DNA of 64,000 nucleotides from an uncultured Candidatus Rokubacteria bacterium (GCA_963708025.1 CAVPSB010000031.1:333882-397881), one strand, 5' to 3'. Counted from the stretch's first letter, positions 1 through 9,240 are shown. Made by a program: numbers and translations. The notes: generated by a model from the sequence alone, not told the origin.

Positions 1-43
1 CGCGACGGGGCTGGCCATGCGCTATCCGGACGACCGGAAATAA
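1..43 (+). CDS. pilM: 3' end of type IV pilus assembly protein PilM (partial)
   Basis: Frame from position 2 reads ATGLAMRYPDDRK-stop, resembling the PilM C-terminal AxGLAxR motif; lies directly upstream of pilNOPQ. Confidence 0.7.
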   Translation, partial: ATGLAMRYPDDRK

Positions 44-55
44 GGACACCGAGCC

Positions 56-817
56 GTGGCGATCAAAGTCAACGTCCTTCGTCGCGAAGGTTCGAAGAAG
101 GGCGCGGGTCTCTCCAGCCTCCCCAGCGTGTCGATGCCGAAGGTGGCGATCGGCGGCGGGGGGCTGATGAAGGGGGCCGTCGCCCTCCTGGTCCTGGTGC
201 TCCTGGCCCTGGGCTTCATGGGCTGGCGGGCCCACGCCGAGAAGGTGGACAACGAGAGGAAGATCACCCAGCTCAAGGCCCAGGACGCCGACCTCCAGCG
301 CCAGCTCGTCGAGCTACGGGTGGCCGAGGCGGCCAAGCGGGAGATCCAGCGGCGCCTGGACATCATCGGCCGCGTGGCCAAGAGCCAGAAGGTCCCGGTC
401 GAGATGATGGCCGGCGTGCTGAAGTCGGTGCCGCAAGGCATCTGGCTCACGTCGCTGGACGTGAGGCCGCAGGAGGTGAAGGTCAAGGTGGAGGCCAACC
501 GGCAGGCCATCACCTACTCCAGCGAGACGCTCAAGGCCCTCAACGACAAGCGGGAACAGGAGGAGGCGGCGGCGGCCGCGTCCCAGGCCAGCCCCCGCCC
601 GGCGGCGCCGGTGGCCACCAAGGAAGTCACCGAGATCCACGGCTTCTCCGTGGTGATCAAGGGCATGGCCTTCAACAACTTCCAGGTGGCCGAGTTCATG
701 GAGAACCTCAAGAAGATCGGCGTCTTCGCGGACGTGGACTTCACGGTGACCCAGGCCACGAACGTCGAGTCGGTCCGGGTCATGGACTTCGAAGTCACCG
801 CCACCGTGAAGCTATAG
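56..817 (+). CDS. pilN: Type IV pilus assembly protein PilN
   Basis: N-terminal IKVNVL, one TM helix, coiled coil, VPQGIWLTSL and GMAFNNFQVAEFMENL motifs; operon position. Confidence 0.9.
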   Translation: MAIKVNVLRREGSKKGAGLSSLPSVSMPKVAIGGGGLMKGAVALLVLVLLALGFMGWRAHAEKVDNERKITQLKAQDADLQRQLVELRVAEAAKREIQRRLDIIGRVAKSQKVPVEMMAGVLKSVPQGIWLTSLDVRPQEVKVKVEANRQAITYSSETLKALNDKREQEEAAAAASQASPRPAAPVATKEVTEIHGFSVVIKGMAFNNFQVAEFMENLKKIGVFADVDFTVTQATNVESVRVMDFEVTATVKL

Positions 818-827
818 GCCAAGAGCC

Positions 828-1472
828 ATGGAACGAGCAGAGCTGAAGAACCTAGTCCTGATCGGGCTCCTGATTCTCGCCCTCGCCTACGTCGGGTGGA
901 ACGGCTTCACCGCCATGGGCTGGCGCGGTGTGGCCGCGTTCCGGGCCGACGCGGCCAAGTCAGTCGCTCAGCGAGAGAAGCTCGAGACCAGCGTCAAGAA
1001 CGCCAAGGCCCAGGTCGCGAACCTCGACAAGATCAAGAAGGAACGGGAAGCGCTGGAGGTGCAGCTCAAGGAGATCACCCGACGGCTGCCGGGTGAGCGC
1101 GAGTCGGCCGAGGTGCTCCGGAGCGTCGAGAGCCTGGCCGGCCGGTCGGGGTTGACGCTGGCGGCGGTCCGGCGTCGAACGCCCCGCACCCAGGAGCTGT
1201 ACGTCGAGCTGCCCATGGAGGTCGGACTGGGGGGCGGGTACCACGAGATGGTGCGCTTCGCCGACCAGCTCTCCCAGCTCGACCGGCTGGTGACGCTGAA
1301 CGAGTTCCAGGTGAACCGCCCGATGGCCGCCACGGGCCAGCCGGCCACCGCGGCCGTCACGCCCGGCACGGTCAGGGCGCAGATGGTGGCCGTGGTCTTC
1401 CAGGCGCTGCCCGAGCCGACGCTGACGCTCCCGGGAGTGCCGGCGACAGGCGCGGCGACCCCCGCCCGGTAA
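828..1472 (+). CDS. pilO: Type IV pilus assembly protein PilO
   Basis: TM plus coiled coil, RLPGERE, YVELPMEV, GGYHEMVRFADQLSQLDRLV motifs. Confidence 0.9.
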   Translation: MERAELKNLVLIGLLILALAYVGWNGFTAMGWRGVAAFRADAAKSVAQREKLETSVKNAKAQVANLDKIKKEREALEVQLKEITRRLPGERESAEVLRSVESLAGRSGLTLAAVRRRTPRTQELYVELPMEVGLGGGYHEMVRFADQLSQLDRLVTLNEFQVNRPMAATGQPATAAVTPGTVRAQMVAVVFQALPEPTLTLPGVPATGAATPAR

Positions 1473-1485
1473 CCGGAGGTCCCTG

Positions 1486-2025
1486 ATGCGCAACGTCAAC
1501 GCTGCCCGCGCGCTTCGCCGGATCGCCTGGCTGGCGCTGGCCGTCTGTCTGGCGATCCCGGCCACGCTGTTCGCCCAGGCCACCACGAAGCCGCCGACCT
1601 CGCTCCCGGTGCCCAAGGCCGTCCCGAAGCCCGAGGTGCCGGAGATCGCCCGGCCGCTCCAGCCGGCCCCGTCATCGGCGCCGGCCCCGGCCCCGCCGGC
1701 CCCCGCCAGCCCGGCGCCGGCAGCGGGTCAGACGGACGGCCGCGATCCGTTCACACCCCTCATCACCAAGGCGCCGGAGGGCGAGAACCGGCCGTCGCTG
1801 TCCGGCCTCCGACTGGTCGGCGTGATGTGGGATCCAGTGCGGCGCGATCAGGTCCGGGCCCTCGTCGAGACCCCGGACGGGCTGGGCTACTACGTCCGCC
1901 TCAACGAAGAAAAGTTCGGCGGAAGGGTCGTCGCAATCGAGCGGGACCGCGTGCGGTTCTCCGTCCGCGAGCAGGACCCGACCGGGCAGGCCCGGGTGCG
2001 GACGGTCGAGCTGAAACTAAACTAG
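1486..2025 (+). CDS. pilP: PilP-like pilus assembly protein
   Basis: Signal peptide, Pro-rich linker, GRDPF and LRLVGVMW...ALVETPDGLGYYV motifs; between pilO and pilQ. Confidence 0.8.
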   Translation: MRNVNAARALRRIAWLALAVCLAIPATLFAQATTKPPTSLPVPKAVPKPEVPEIARPLQPAPSSAPAPAPPAPASPAPAAGQTDGRDPFTPLITKAPEGENRPSLSGLRLVGVMWDPVRRDQVRALVETPDGLGYYVRLNEEKFGGRVVAIERDRVRFSVREQDPTGQARVRTVELKLN

Positions 2026-2055
2026 GTGGAATCCATAGGCAGAGGGAGGAGCGGC

Positions 2056-3840
2056 GTGGCTAGACGAGGAGTTGTGATGCTCCTGGGCTGTGCCTGGACC
2101 CTGGCGGTGGCGGTCCCCGCGTGGGCGGCCGATCGTCCCACCGACCAGCCCATCCTGGTGGCGCAGGCGAGGGTGCCGGTTCTCGCGCAGACGGCGACGC
2201 AACCGCCGCGACAGCAGCCGCGCCTCATCTCGCTCGACTTCAAGGATGCCGACATCAACAACATCCTGCGCATCCTGGCGGAGTTCAGCGGTCTGAACAT
2301 CGTGTCGAGCGACGACGTCAAGGGCAAGGTGACGGTGAAGCTCCAGAACGTCCCCTGGCAGCAGGCCCTCGACTCCGTCGTGCGGGCGGCGAAGCTCGGC
2401 TACGTGCAGGAAGGCAACATCATCCGCGTCAACAAGCTGGAGAACCTGACCAAGGAGGCCGAGGCCCAGTTCAAGGCCGAGCAGCGCGAGGTCGAGATCC
2501 AGCAGCGGCGCAAGGAGGCCGAGCTGCGCGTCGCGGCCCAGGAGGGCGAGAAGAAGCTGGCCGACCAGCGCCGCGACTTCGAGCTGGCGCCACTGGCCGA
2601 GGAGATCATCGCGCTGAAGTACGCGCACGTCGGCGTCCGCCGGGTCAACGTGCTCAACTTCCTGACCGACCAGGTCAGCTCCGAGGAGCGCCGGGGGGTC
2701 GAGGAAGCGATCACGGGCGGCGCCAAGAAGGAGCCGGGCAAGCCGGCCGGCCTGCTCTCCGCCCGCGGCGAGCTCACCGTCGACCAGCGGACCAACTCGG
2801 TCATCGTGCGGGACGTGGAGGGGAACGTCCAGCGGATCAAGGAGTTCATCGGCCGGCTCGACAAGGCGATCCCGGCCGTCCAGATCGAGGCGCGAATCGT
2901 CGAGATCACCAAGGACGATGCCCGGCGGCTGGGGGTCGTGTGGGGCGGCGTCTTCACGCCTCGCGCGGGTCCCAATTCCCCGATCGCCGTCGTCGGTGGT
3001 GGCGCCGGTCCGCGGGCCGTCCGGGGTGGCGACGCGCCGCCAGCCATCCCGCCGTCGACCGCCGCCAACTTCCCTACGGCACCGGTCAACGCTCCGTTCA
3101 CGAACGGCAACCTCTTCGGGCTGGCCTTCGGCTGGCTGGCGTCGAACCTGGCCCTGGACATCTCGCTGTCGGCCCTCGAGGGTGAGAACCGGGTGCGCAT
3201 CCTCTCCACGCCCAGCCTGATGACCCTGGAGAACGAGCCGGCGACCATCGCCAGTGGCCAGAAGATCCCGATCATCAGCGTCGTCGTCGTCGCCGGGGCG
3301 CCCCAGGCCTCCGTCACCTACTCGGACGTGACGACGCGCCTCCAGGTGGTGCCCCGCGTGGCCGCCGAGGACGGGCGGCTCGTGCTGACCATCGCCGTGA
3401 AGCGCGACACGCTGCTCAACACCATCACCGCGGCCGGCCTGACGGCGCCCGTCATCGGGACGCGGCAGACGATCACCCAGGTCCGGATCCCGGACGGGGG
3501 AACCGTCGTGCTGAGCGGTCTGCGGGAGGACAGCGCGACCGGGCGCACCGAGGGGCTGCCCTGGGTGAAGAACATCCCGGTCCTCGGCTGGCTCTTCAAG
3601 AACGAGCTGACGGACGCGAGCCGGACCGAGCTGATGGTGTTCCTGACCGCCAAGGTGGTGGAGAGCCCCGGGGAGGCCGCCGTCAGCCCCCAGGACCTGC
3701 CGGCCGCACCGGGCGCCCCCGCGCCCCCGGGCCGCACCGGCCAGGCGCCGGCCGCGCCGCTTCCCGCGGTGTCGTCGGCGGCTCCGGTCCCCGCCGCCGC
3801 CCGTCCGACTCCGGTCCAAGCGGAGGCCATGAGCCGATGA
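2056..3840 (+). CDS. pilQ: Type IV pilus secretin PilQ
   Basis: ISLDFKDADI N0/STN domain, VDQRTNSVIVRD, QIEARIVE, IPVLGWLFK secretin motifs; GTG 2056 follows GGAGGA (ORF open from 2026). Confidence 0.95.
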   Translation: MARRGVVMLLGCAWTLAVAVPAWAADRPTDQPILVAQARVPVLAQTATQPPRQQPRLISLDFKDADINNILRILAEFSGLNIVSSDDVKGKVTVKLQNVPWQQALDSVVRAAKLGYVQEGNIIRVNKLENLTKEAEAQFKAEQREVEIQQRRKEAELRVAAQEGEKKLADQRRDFELAPLAEEIIALKYAHVGVRRVNVLNFLTDQVSSEERRGVEEAITGGAKKEPGKPAGLLSARGELTVDQRTNSVIVRDVEGNVQRIKEFIGRLDKAIPAVQIEARIVEITKDDARRLGVVWGGVFTPRAGPNSPIAVVGGGAGPRAVRGGDAPPAIPPSTAANFPTAPVNAPFTNGNLFGLAFGWLASNLALDISLSALEGENRVRILSTPSLMTLENEPATIASGQKIPIISVVVVAGAPQASVTYSDVTTRLQVVPRVAAEDGRLVLTIAVKRDTLLNTITAAGLTAPVIGTRQTITQVRIPDGGTVVLSGLREDSATGRTEGLPWVKNIPVLGWLFKNELTDASRTELMVFLTAKVVESPGEAAVSPQDLPAAPGAPAPPGRTGQAPAAPLPAVSSAAPVPAAARPTPVQAEAMSR

Positions 3841-4458
3841 TCAGCCAACGCGCGCGCCTCGCGATTGTCGTCGCCCTCGGCCTGGTCCTGGCCTGGACGT
3901 CGGCGGCGGATGCCCAGGAATGGAAGATCTACGTCAAGGGGAAGGTCGAGCCGATCGTGGCGAACTTCTACGCCGAGGAGGCTCCCTGGATCTTCTACCG
4001 GGACGACGAGAGCATGTACACGTTCGCCCTCGGCTGCAACCGGGTCGACCGCGTCGAGCGCGGCGGCGCCCCGATCCCGGCGCCGGCCTGCCCGGTCGAG
4101 GCGCTGCCCACCACGACGCCTCGCATCCTGGTCAACATCATGGATCTGGAATCCAAGCGGCTCGACGACGGGATCGCCAAGCTCCGCGAGCAGACCCGCG
4201 CGTACGCCGACGCCGTGATCGGCAGCGTCGTGTCCGCCCGGGGCATTCTGGTGGCCGGCGGCTCCGAGAGCCAGGCCGAGCAGCAGCTCCGCCAGGACGT
4301 CGGCGCGGTGTCGTTTCTCCGCAACCAGATCGAGGACACCCTGTTCGACATCCGGCTGACCGAGCGGCGGGTGAGGGCGCTCACCGAGGCGGCGAAGGGC
4401 TTCCCGAAGGCTGCCCGCCCAAGCTGCGCGCACTCGCTACTTCTTCGCGCCCCGGTAG
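3837..4458 (+). CDS. Secreted hypothetical protein (beta module plus coiled coil); 3' end apparently frameshifted
   Basis: Signal peptide ending SAADA; overlaps pilQ stop (ATGA). Near 4405-4432 an imperfect short duplication shifts the frame; the alternative frame ends RYFFAPR-TAG at 4458, just before aroB. Confidence 0.65.
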
Positions 4459-4474
4459 CACAGGGAACGGCCCC

Positions 4475-5584
4475 GTGCGGACCATCACCGTCCACCTCGG
4501 CTCGCGGACCTACCCGGTCCACGTGGGCGCCGGCCTGCTCGGCGAGGTCGGGCGGGAGTGCGCCCGGCTCGGCCTGGGCCGGAAGGTGGCGGTGGTCAGC
4601 CAGCGCGCGATCGCGAGCCATGCCCGGACCGTCCTGGCGAGTCTGCAGGGCGCCGGGTTCACACCGGCGCTCGTCGAGATCGCCGAGGGCGAAGCGGCCA
4701 AGTCGATCGAGCAGGCCGGTGCCCTCTGGGAGGCCTTCCTCGGCCATGGGCTCGACCGCGGCTCGGTGGTCGTCGCGGTGGGGGGTGGGGTGGTCGGTGA
4801 CCTGGCCGGTTTTGCCGCCGCCGGCTACATGCGGGGCGTCGGGCTCGTGCAGGTGCCGACGTCGCTCCTGGCCCAGGTGGACGCGTCGATCGGCGGCAAG
4901 GTGGCGGTGAACCACCCGCGGGCGAAGAACCTGATCGGGACGTTCCATCAGCCCCGGCTCGTGGTCATCGACCCGGGAACGCTCTCGACGCTTTCCGAGC
5001 GCGAGTACCGGTCCGGACTGGCCGAGGTCATCAAGACCGGCGTTGCCCTCAACGCCGAGCTGTTCACCACCCTGGAGGCGAGCGTCCCCGCCATCCGGGG
5101 CCGGGACCCCGAGCTGCTCGAGCGGGTGATCGCGACCTGCTGCGCCGAGAAGGCGACCATCGTCGAGCAGGACGAGCGCGAGGAAAGCGGTCTCCGCATG
5201 GTCCTGAACTACGGCCACACGGTCGGCCATGCCCTCGAAGCGCTGAGCGGGTACGGGGTGTGGCTGCACGGCGAGGCGGTCGCGGTGGGGATGATGGTGG
5301 CCGGACAGCTGTCGAACCACCTGCGGCTCGTCAACGCCCGGACCACGGAGCGGCAGGCGGCGCTGCTGAGCGCCGTGGGGCTGCCCACCCGCTTCGAGGC
5401 GCCGGCGCCGCCGGCGGTGTGGGACGCGCTCCGGCACGACAAGAAGGCGCGCGAGGGCCGGGTGCCGTTCGTGCTGCTGAAGGCGCTCGGGCGTGCGGAA
5501 GTCTGTTTCGACGTGCAGGCAGATATGGTCCTGCAGGCTCTGGAAGAGGTTCACCGAGGTCACGTGCCCGGCCGCGGGCAATAG
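4475..5584 (+). CDS. aroB: 3-dehydroquinate synthase
   Basis: GGGVVGDLAGF, PTSLLAQVDASIGGK, LNYGHTVGHALE, HGEAVAVG, DKK motifs; GTG start at 4475. Confidence 0.97.
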   Translation: MRTITVHLGSRTYPVHVGAGLLGEVGRECARLGLGRKVAVVSQRAIASHARTVLASLQGAGFTPALVEIAEGEAAKSIEQAGALWEAFLGHGLDRGSVVVAVGGGVVGDLAGFAAAGYMRGVGLVQVPTSLLAQVDASIGGKVAVNHPRAKNLIGTFHQPRLVVIDPGTLSTLSEREYRSGLAEVIKTGVALNAELFTTLEASVPAIRGRDPELLERVIATCCAEKATIVEQDEREESGLRMVLNYGHTVGHALEALSGYGVWLHGEAVAVGMMVAGQLSNHLRLVNARTTERQAALLSAVGLPTRFEAPAPPAVWDALRHDKKAREGRVPFVLLKALGRAEVCFDVQADMVLQALEEVHRGHVPGRGQ

Positions 5585-5595
5585 AGGGGAAGCCG

Positions 5596-6027
5596 ATGCG
5601 AAGGACGCTCTGGCGAGCCATCTCGGTAGTGTTCGTCGTGGTCGTGGCCCTCGTTGGTTGCAACGGCCCGAACCGCAGCCAACAGCCCAGCTCGGCTTCG
5701 GGATTCAACATCGACGTCCAGATCTCCCCGAATGTTCTTCGCGGAGCCACCGCGGGGACCAACGAGGCGCAAGGGGGTTGCGGCACCGTCACCGCCGCCG
5801 TGTTCGACACCAACGGGCGGGTCATCGACGGCGCCCTCGTCAACCTCAGCACCACCCTGGGTCGCTTCCCGCCGACCGCGACGCGTCAGGAGTCCGTCGC
5901 GGTGTCGGGATTCACGGTCCGCGGGGTCTACACCGACGTGCTGTGCGCCAAGGCCGAGCGGGGGACGGGGACCGTGACGGGCAGCGTCGAAAATGCGGTG
6001 TCGGCCGCGCTGTTCACCGTCTTCTAG
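5596..6027 (+). CDS. Lipoprotein with Ig-like (Big_1/invasin-type) beta domain
   Basis: Lipobox LVGC; TVTAAVFDTNGRVIDGALVNLSTTLG pattern resembling Big_1 domains. Confidence 0.7.
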   Translation: MRRTLWRAISVVFVVVVALVGCNGPNRSQQPSSASGFNIDVQISPNVLRGATAGTNEAQGGCGTVTAAVFDTNGRVIDGALVNLSTTLGRFPPTATRQESVAVSGFTVRGVYTDVLCAKAERGTGTVTGSVENAVSAALFTVF

Positions 6028-6040
6028 GGGGCGTGACGAC

Positions 6041-6523
6041 ATGGGAGCGACATTGAGACGTATAGCGACCGGCAGCACCGGATCCTGGCGATCGATCGGG
6101 GTGCTCGCCGTCCTCCTCCTGGTCGGCGCGCTCTTCGCGGCATGCTCGAACCAGAGCTCGTCCAACGGTCCGGCCAATCCGGCCGGCACGGCCGGGCACG
6201 CCGATACCGCGAGCCAGCTGATCGTTCGGGTGGCCATCCACCGGGCCCAGGTCGACGTCGGCGACCGCGTCGGGATCACGGTGCTGGTCACCAACCTCAA
6301 CGGCCGGCCCCTCGAGGGGCGTCACGTGCAGCTCGGGATCTCCAACAGCGGGCCCGGGCGCCTGGACCAGGTGAACGGGTTCACCGACCCGGACGGCAAG
6401 TTCACGACTTTCCTCTTCTGCAACTTCGACGGCGACGTGGAGATCACCGCGTTCGTCGAGGGCGCCTTCGCCATCGGCACCTGCCACTGCGGGGCGCCCA
6501 CCACCGAGGGACGACCACGGTAG
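6041..6523 (+). CDS. Lipoprotein with Ig-like (Big_1/invasin-type) domain
   Basis: Lipobox FAAC; ITVLVTNLNGRPLEGRHV...GFTDPDGKFTT; C-terminus may extend to 6555 in another frame. Confidence 0.7.
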   Translation: MGATLRRIATGSTGSWRSIGVLAVLLLVGALFAACSNQSSSNGPANPAGTAGHADTASQLIVRVAIHRAQVDVGDRVGITVLVTNLNGRPLEGRHVQLGISNSGPGRLDQVNGFTDPDGKFTTFLFCNFDGDVEITAFVEGAFAIGTCHCGAPTTEGRPR

Positions 6524-6783
6524 CGACCCCGACCGCGACGACGGGACGCCCGTAGGCGGCACCGACCTCTTCGCCGTCACCGCGACGCCCGGGGGAGGAC
6601 ACCTCTCCCGGGCGTCGTGCTCGGTTCGGCAGCTCCCGCCCCCCCCCGCCCTACGGGTGGAGGGGGATGGGACCCATTGCTTCCCACGGTCTCAGACTTC
6701 GGCTCACGCCGATGCCCGCGGCCACCGTCGACGGACCGCCGGTCGGGAGGGGCGTGTCGCAGAGACCGCAACCCTCTGACTCT

Positions 6784-6874
6784 GGCCACGCGGCCGTGGC
6801 GTTACACTTCGAGCCGTGGCTTCGCCGCAGCGTCCGAGAGGGGGCATCGGGGGGGTCTTCCGAGACCCCCCCGA
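6784..6874 (+). repeat. Intergenic palindromic repeat family A, copy 1
   Basis: Core TCGGGGGGGTCTTCCGAGACCCCCCCGA hairpin preceded by a GCCGYGGCTTCGCCGC hairpin; recurs at ~9141, 16457 (reverse) and 28300. Confidence 0.9.
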
Positions 6875-6879
6875 CGATC

Positions 6880-8175
6880 CTACGGGTCGATCTCGCCCTC
6901 GCCCGGCCCGTCGGATCCCTCCGCCGGGGACGGGGGCGCCCCGCTCATCTCGTGGAGCAGGTCCAGGTAGCGGGCGTTGCGCCCGTCGCCCACCGGGCGG
7001 GCGAGCCCCAGCCGGATCAGCTCGGCGTTGAGCATGCGACCGTTCGGCAGGAAGACGTAGGCCAGCCAGTTGCCGTCCGCGTCGTAGCGCTGTCGATCGA
7101 ACTCGAGGTAGACGATGCTGCCCGGCTCGAGCTGCCGCCACGGGCTCTCGGCCGTCCAGGTTCCGCTGAGCGACTCGACGCCCACCAGTCGGACCCGGCG
7201 ATGACCGCTGCGGACGCTCACCTCGAGGAGATCCGGCTCCACCCGCTGGACGTACCGCACCGGGGTCCGGCCGCGGACCGGCGCGATCTCCTCCGGAAAG
7301 AGTCGCATCACCTCGTTCACGGCGACCCCGATGATTCCGCCGAAGCGCCGGAACCGGAACTCCCCGTCTTCCACCCAGAACCCCTCGACCCGCATGAGCT
7401 GGCCGTTCGCCAGGCGGAGGAAGTGCGGCCGATCGGAGCTCTCGTAGGGCACCCGGGGATCGGGGGTCACCGGGAGCGGAGCGGCGCCGGTGGCGGCCCG
7501 ATCCTCGGCGTCGGTCACCAGCACCGAGAGCCACGCCTCGGGGATCTCGGTGCCCGGCGGGACGCGGACCACGCTGACGATCTCCGACCGCGGCACCGTG
7601 AACGACCCGTTCGACACCGCGACGCGGACCCGGTCGCCTTCCGGCGTGAGGCTCGCGACCCGCAGGTCGTTGCCGCCCCGCATCGTGACGTAGAGGTCGG
7701 ACTCCGGCTGGAGGGGGGCGCCACCGGTGTCCGTACGGACCGGTACCGGCGGCAGGTTGGCGGTGCGCTCGGCGGGATGTGCGGTGTCGGGGACGATCCT
7801 GAAAATCTCGTAGGTCGGGATGCGAACCGAGCCGCCGTACTTCTCGAACACGATCTGGCCGTGCTCCTCGACGTAGCGTGAGACCACGATCGGGTCGCCG
7901 CCGTCGATCAGGTAGATGAGGAAGCCGCGCGGCGGGGCGGGTGGGCGGGCGGCGGGGACATCGGGTGGAGGGGGCGCCAGCCAGCGCGGAGGCCGCGCGG
8001 CGGGTCGTGGCGCCGGAAGGACGGGAGCGCGGCCTCCGTCTCCGGATCCCGACTGACTCCTCTGATTCGCTGCCGATCCCGGCGCGGCCGCGGCCCCGTC
8101 GAGGTGTCCGACGGCCAGGACGGCGAGCGCGAGAGAGGCCCCGAGGGCGGACCCCCGCCCCGGTCGCGCCTTCAT
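6880..8175 (-). CDS. Secreted protein with three repeated beta modules and a C-terminal thermonuclease (SNase)-like domain, probably catalytically degenerate
   Basis: Signal peptide from ATG 8175; C-terminal VRLVGVE...YDADGNWLAYVFLPNGRMLNAELIRLGLAR matches the SNase fold pattern. Confidence 0.8.
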   Translation of the reverse strand: MKARPGRGSALGASLALAVLAVGHLDGAAAAPGSAANQRSQSGSGDGGRAPVLPAPRPAARPPRWLAPPPPDVPAARPPAPPRGFLIYLIDGGDPIVVSRYVEEHGQIVFEKYGGSVRIPTYEIFRIVPDTAHPAERTANLPPVPVRTDTGGAPLQPESDLYVTMRGGNDLRVASLTPEGDRVRVAVSNGSFTVPRSEIVSVVRVPPGTEIPEAWLSVLVTDAEDRAATGAAPLPVTPDPRVPYESSDRPHFLRLANGQLMRVEGFWVEDGEFRFRRFGGIIGVAVNEVMRLFPEEIAPVRGRTPVRYVQRVEPDLLEVSVRSGHRRVRLVGVESLSGTWTAESPWRQLEPGSIVYLEFDRQRYDADGNWLAYVFLPNGRMLNAELIRLGLARPVGDGRNARYLDLLHEMSGAPPSPAEGSDGPGEGEIDP

Positions 8176-8231
8176 GGCCGTACTATAGCGCAACCCTCGA
8201 CCCTGCTTACTCTTTTTGGATGAGCGCGACA

Positions 8232-8261
8232 TTGACAAGGGTCGCCACCGGCCCGTATAGT
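8232..8261 (+). promoter_or_regulatory. Sigma70-type promoter for the TPR gene
   Basis: TTGACA 8232-8237, 18 nt spacer, TATAGT 8256-8261. Confidence 0.75.
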
Positions 8262-8444
8262 AGCGTCCATCCGAGCGCCGTCCCTCGACCCCGTTCCGTA
8301 TCCGAGGGGCCGCCCGGGCGACATCGTCGTGAGCATGGTGTTCGAGTCTGGGGGGCGGCAGGCCCCGGTCGTTCGCTGAGGAGCGAGCGGCCCGGCCTTG
8401 CCGGGAGGCCACCGAGGGGGGCGCAGCCCTTCTCCGAAGTCGTT

Positions 8445-9077
8445 TTGGCGACCGCCGAGGACATCCGCCATCACGAGGCCCGGCTGGCTCGGGAGCCCAG
8501 CTCCCAGGCATACGCCGCGCTGGCCGAGGCGTACCGGCGGGGCGGCCGGTTGGACGAGGCGGTCCGCGTCTGCCGCCTGGGTCTCCAGCGGTACCCCACG
8601 TATTCGACCGCGCGGTTCGTCCTGGCCAAGGCGCTGCTGGACCAGGACCAGGTGTCCGAGGCGCGGACCGAGGTGGAGCGCTTTCTCCAGGCCGAACCCG
8701 ACCACGAGCCGGCGCTCCGGATCGCCGCCGAGTGCGCGCTGCGCCTGGCCGATCCCCGGGGAGCGCTGGGTCATCTCCGCCGGCTCGGAGTGCTCGACCC
8801 GGAGGACCGGGGGATGCAGGGACAGCTCCGGGCTCTGGAGGTCGCATCCGGGCGTGACCGGGGACGGGCCGAGTCTGGCGGCCTGTGGCCGGTTCTCGCG
8901 GACGACACGTACGCCACCGTGACCTTCGGCGACCTCTGCGTCGCCCAGGGCCTCCTGGACGAGGCGACGGCGGTGTTCAGCCGCATCGTTCTGCGGAGCC
9001 CTGACCACGCCGTCGCCCGCGCGCGTCTGGCCGACCTCGGTCGCGCGAGGATCCAGGCGCGGCGGCCACGAAACTGA
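8445..9077 (+). CDS. Tetratricopeptide repeat protein
   Basis: AYAALAEAYRRGGRLDEAVRVCRLGLQRYPTY TPR repeats and C-terminal YATVTFGDLCVAQG; TTG start inferred. Confidence 0.8.
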   Translation: MATAEDIRHHEARLAREPSSQAYAALAEAYRRGGRLDEAVRVCRLGLQRYPTYSTARFVLAKALLDQDQVSEARTEVERFLQAEPDHEPALRIAAECALRLADPRGALGHLRRLGVLDPEDRGMQGQLRALEVASGRDRGRAESGGLWPVLADDTYATVTFGDLCVAQGLLDEATAVFSRIVLRSPDHAVARARLADLGRARIQARRPRN

Positions 9078-9140
9078 ATTTGGAGCCCGTCGGAGCAAGT
9101 CATCCTGCGGGCGTTGTGACGTGAGCCATCAAGGCCCTCC

Positions 9141-9204
9141 GAGCGGCGGCTTTGCCGCCGCCACGACGGGGGGGCATCGGGGGGGTCTTCCGAGACCCCC
9201 CCGA
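9141..9204 (+). repeat. Repeat family A, copy 2
   Basis: GGGGGCATCGGGGGGGTCTTCCGAGACCCCCCCGA shared with copy 1. Confidence 0.9.
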
Positions 9205-9240
9205 AGGACCTAGGATTCCTCGAAGCGGGAGCACACTGAG

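Noticed and set aside
3837-4910. 357-aa protein overlapping aroB, or a 554-aa aroB fusion from 3920
   Set aside because: Both are read-through artefacts; aroB homology begins at 4475 and the upstream gene most likely stops at 4458
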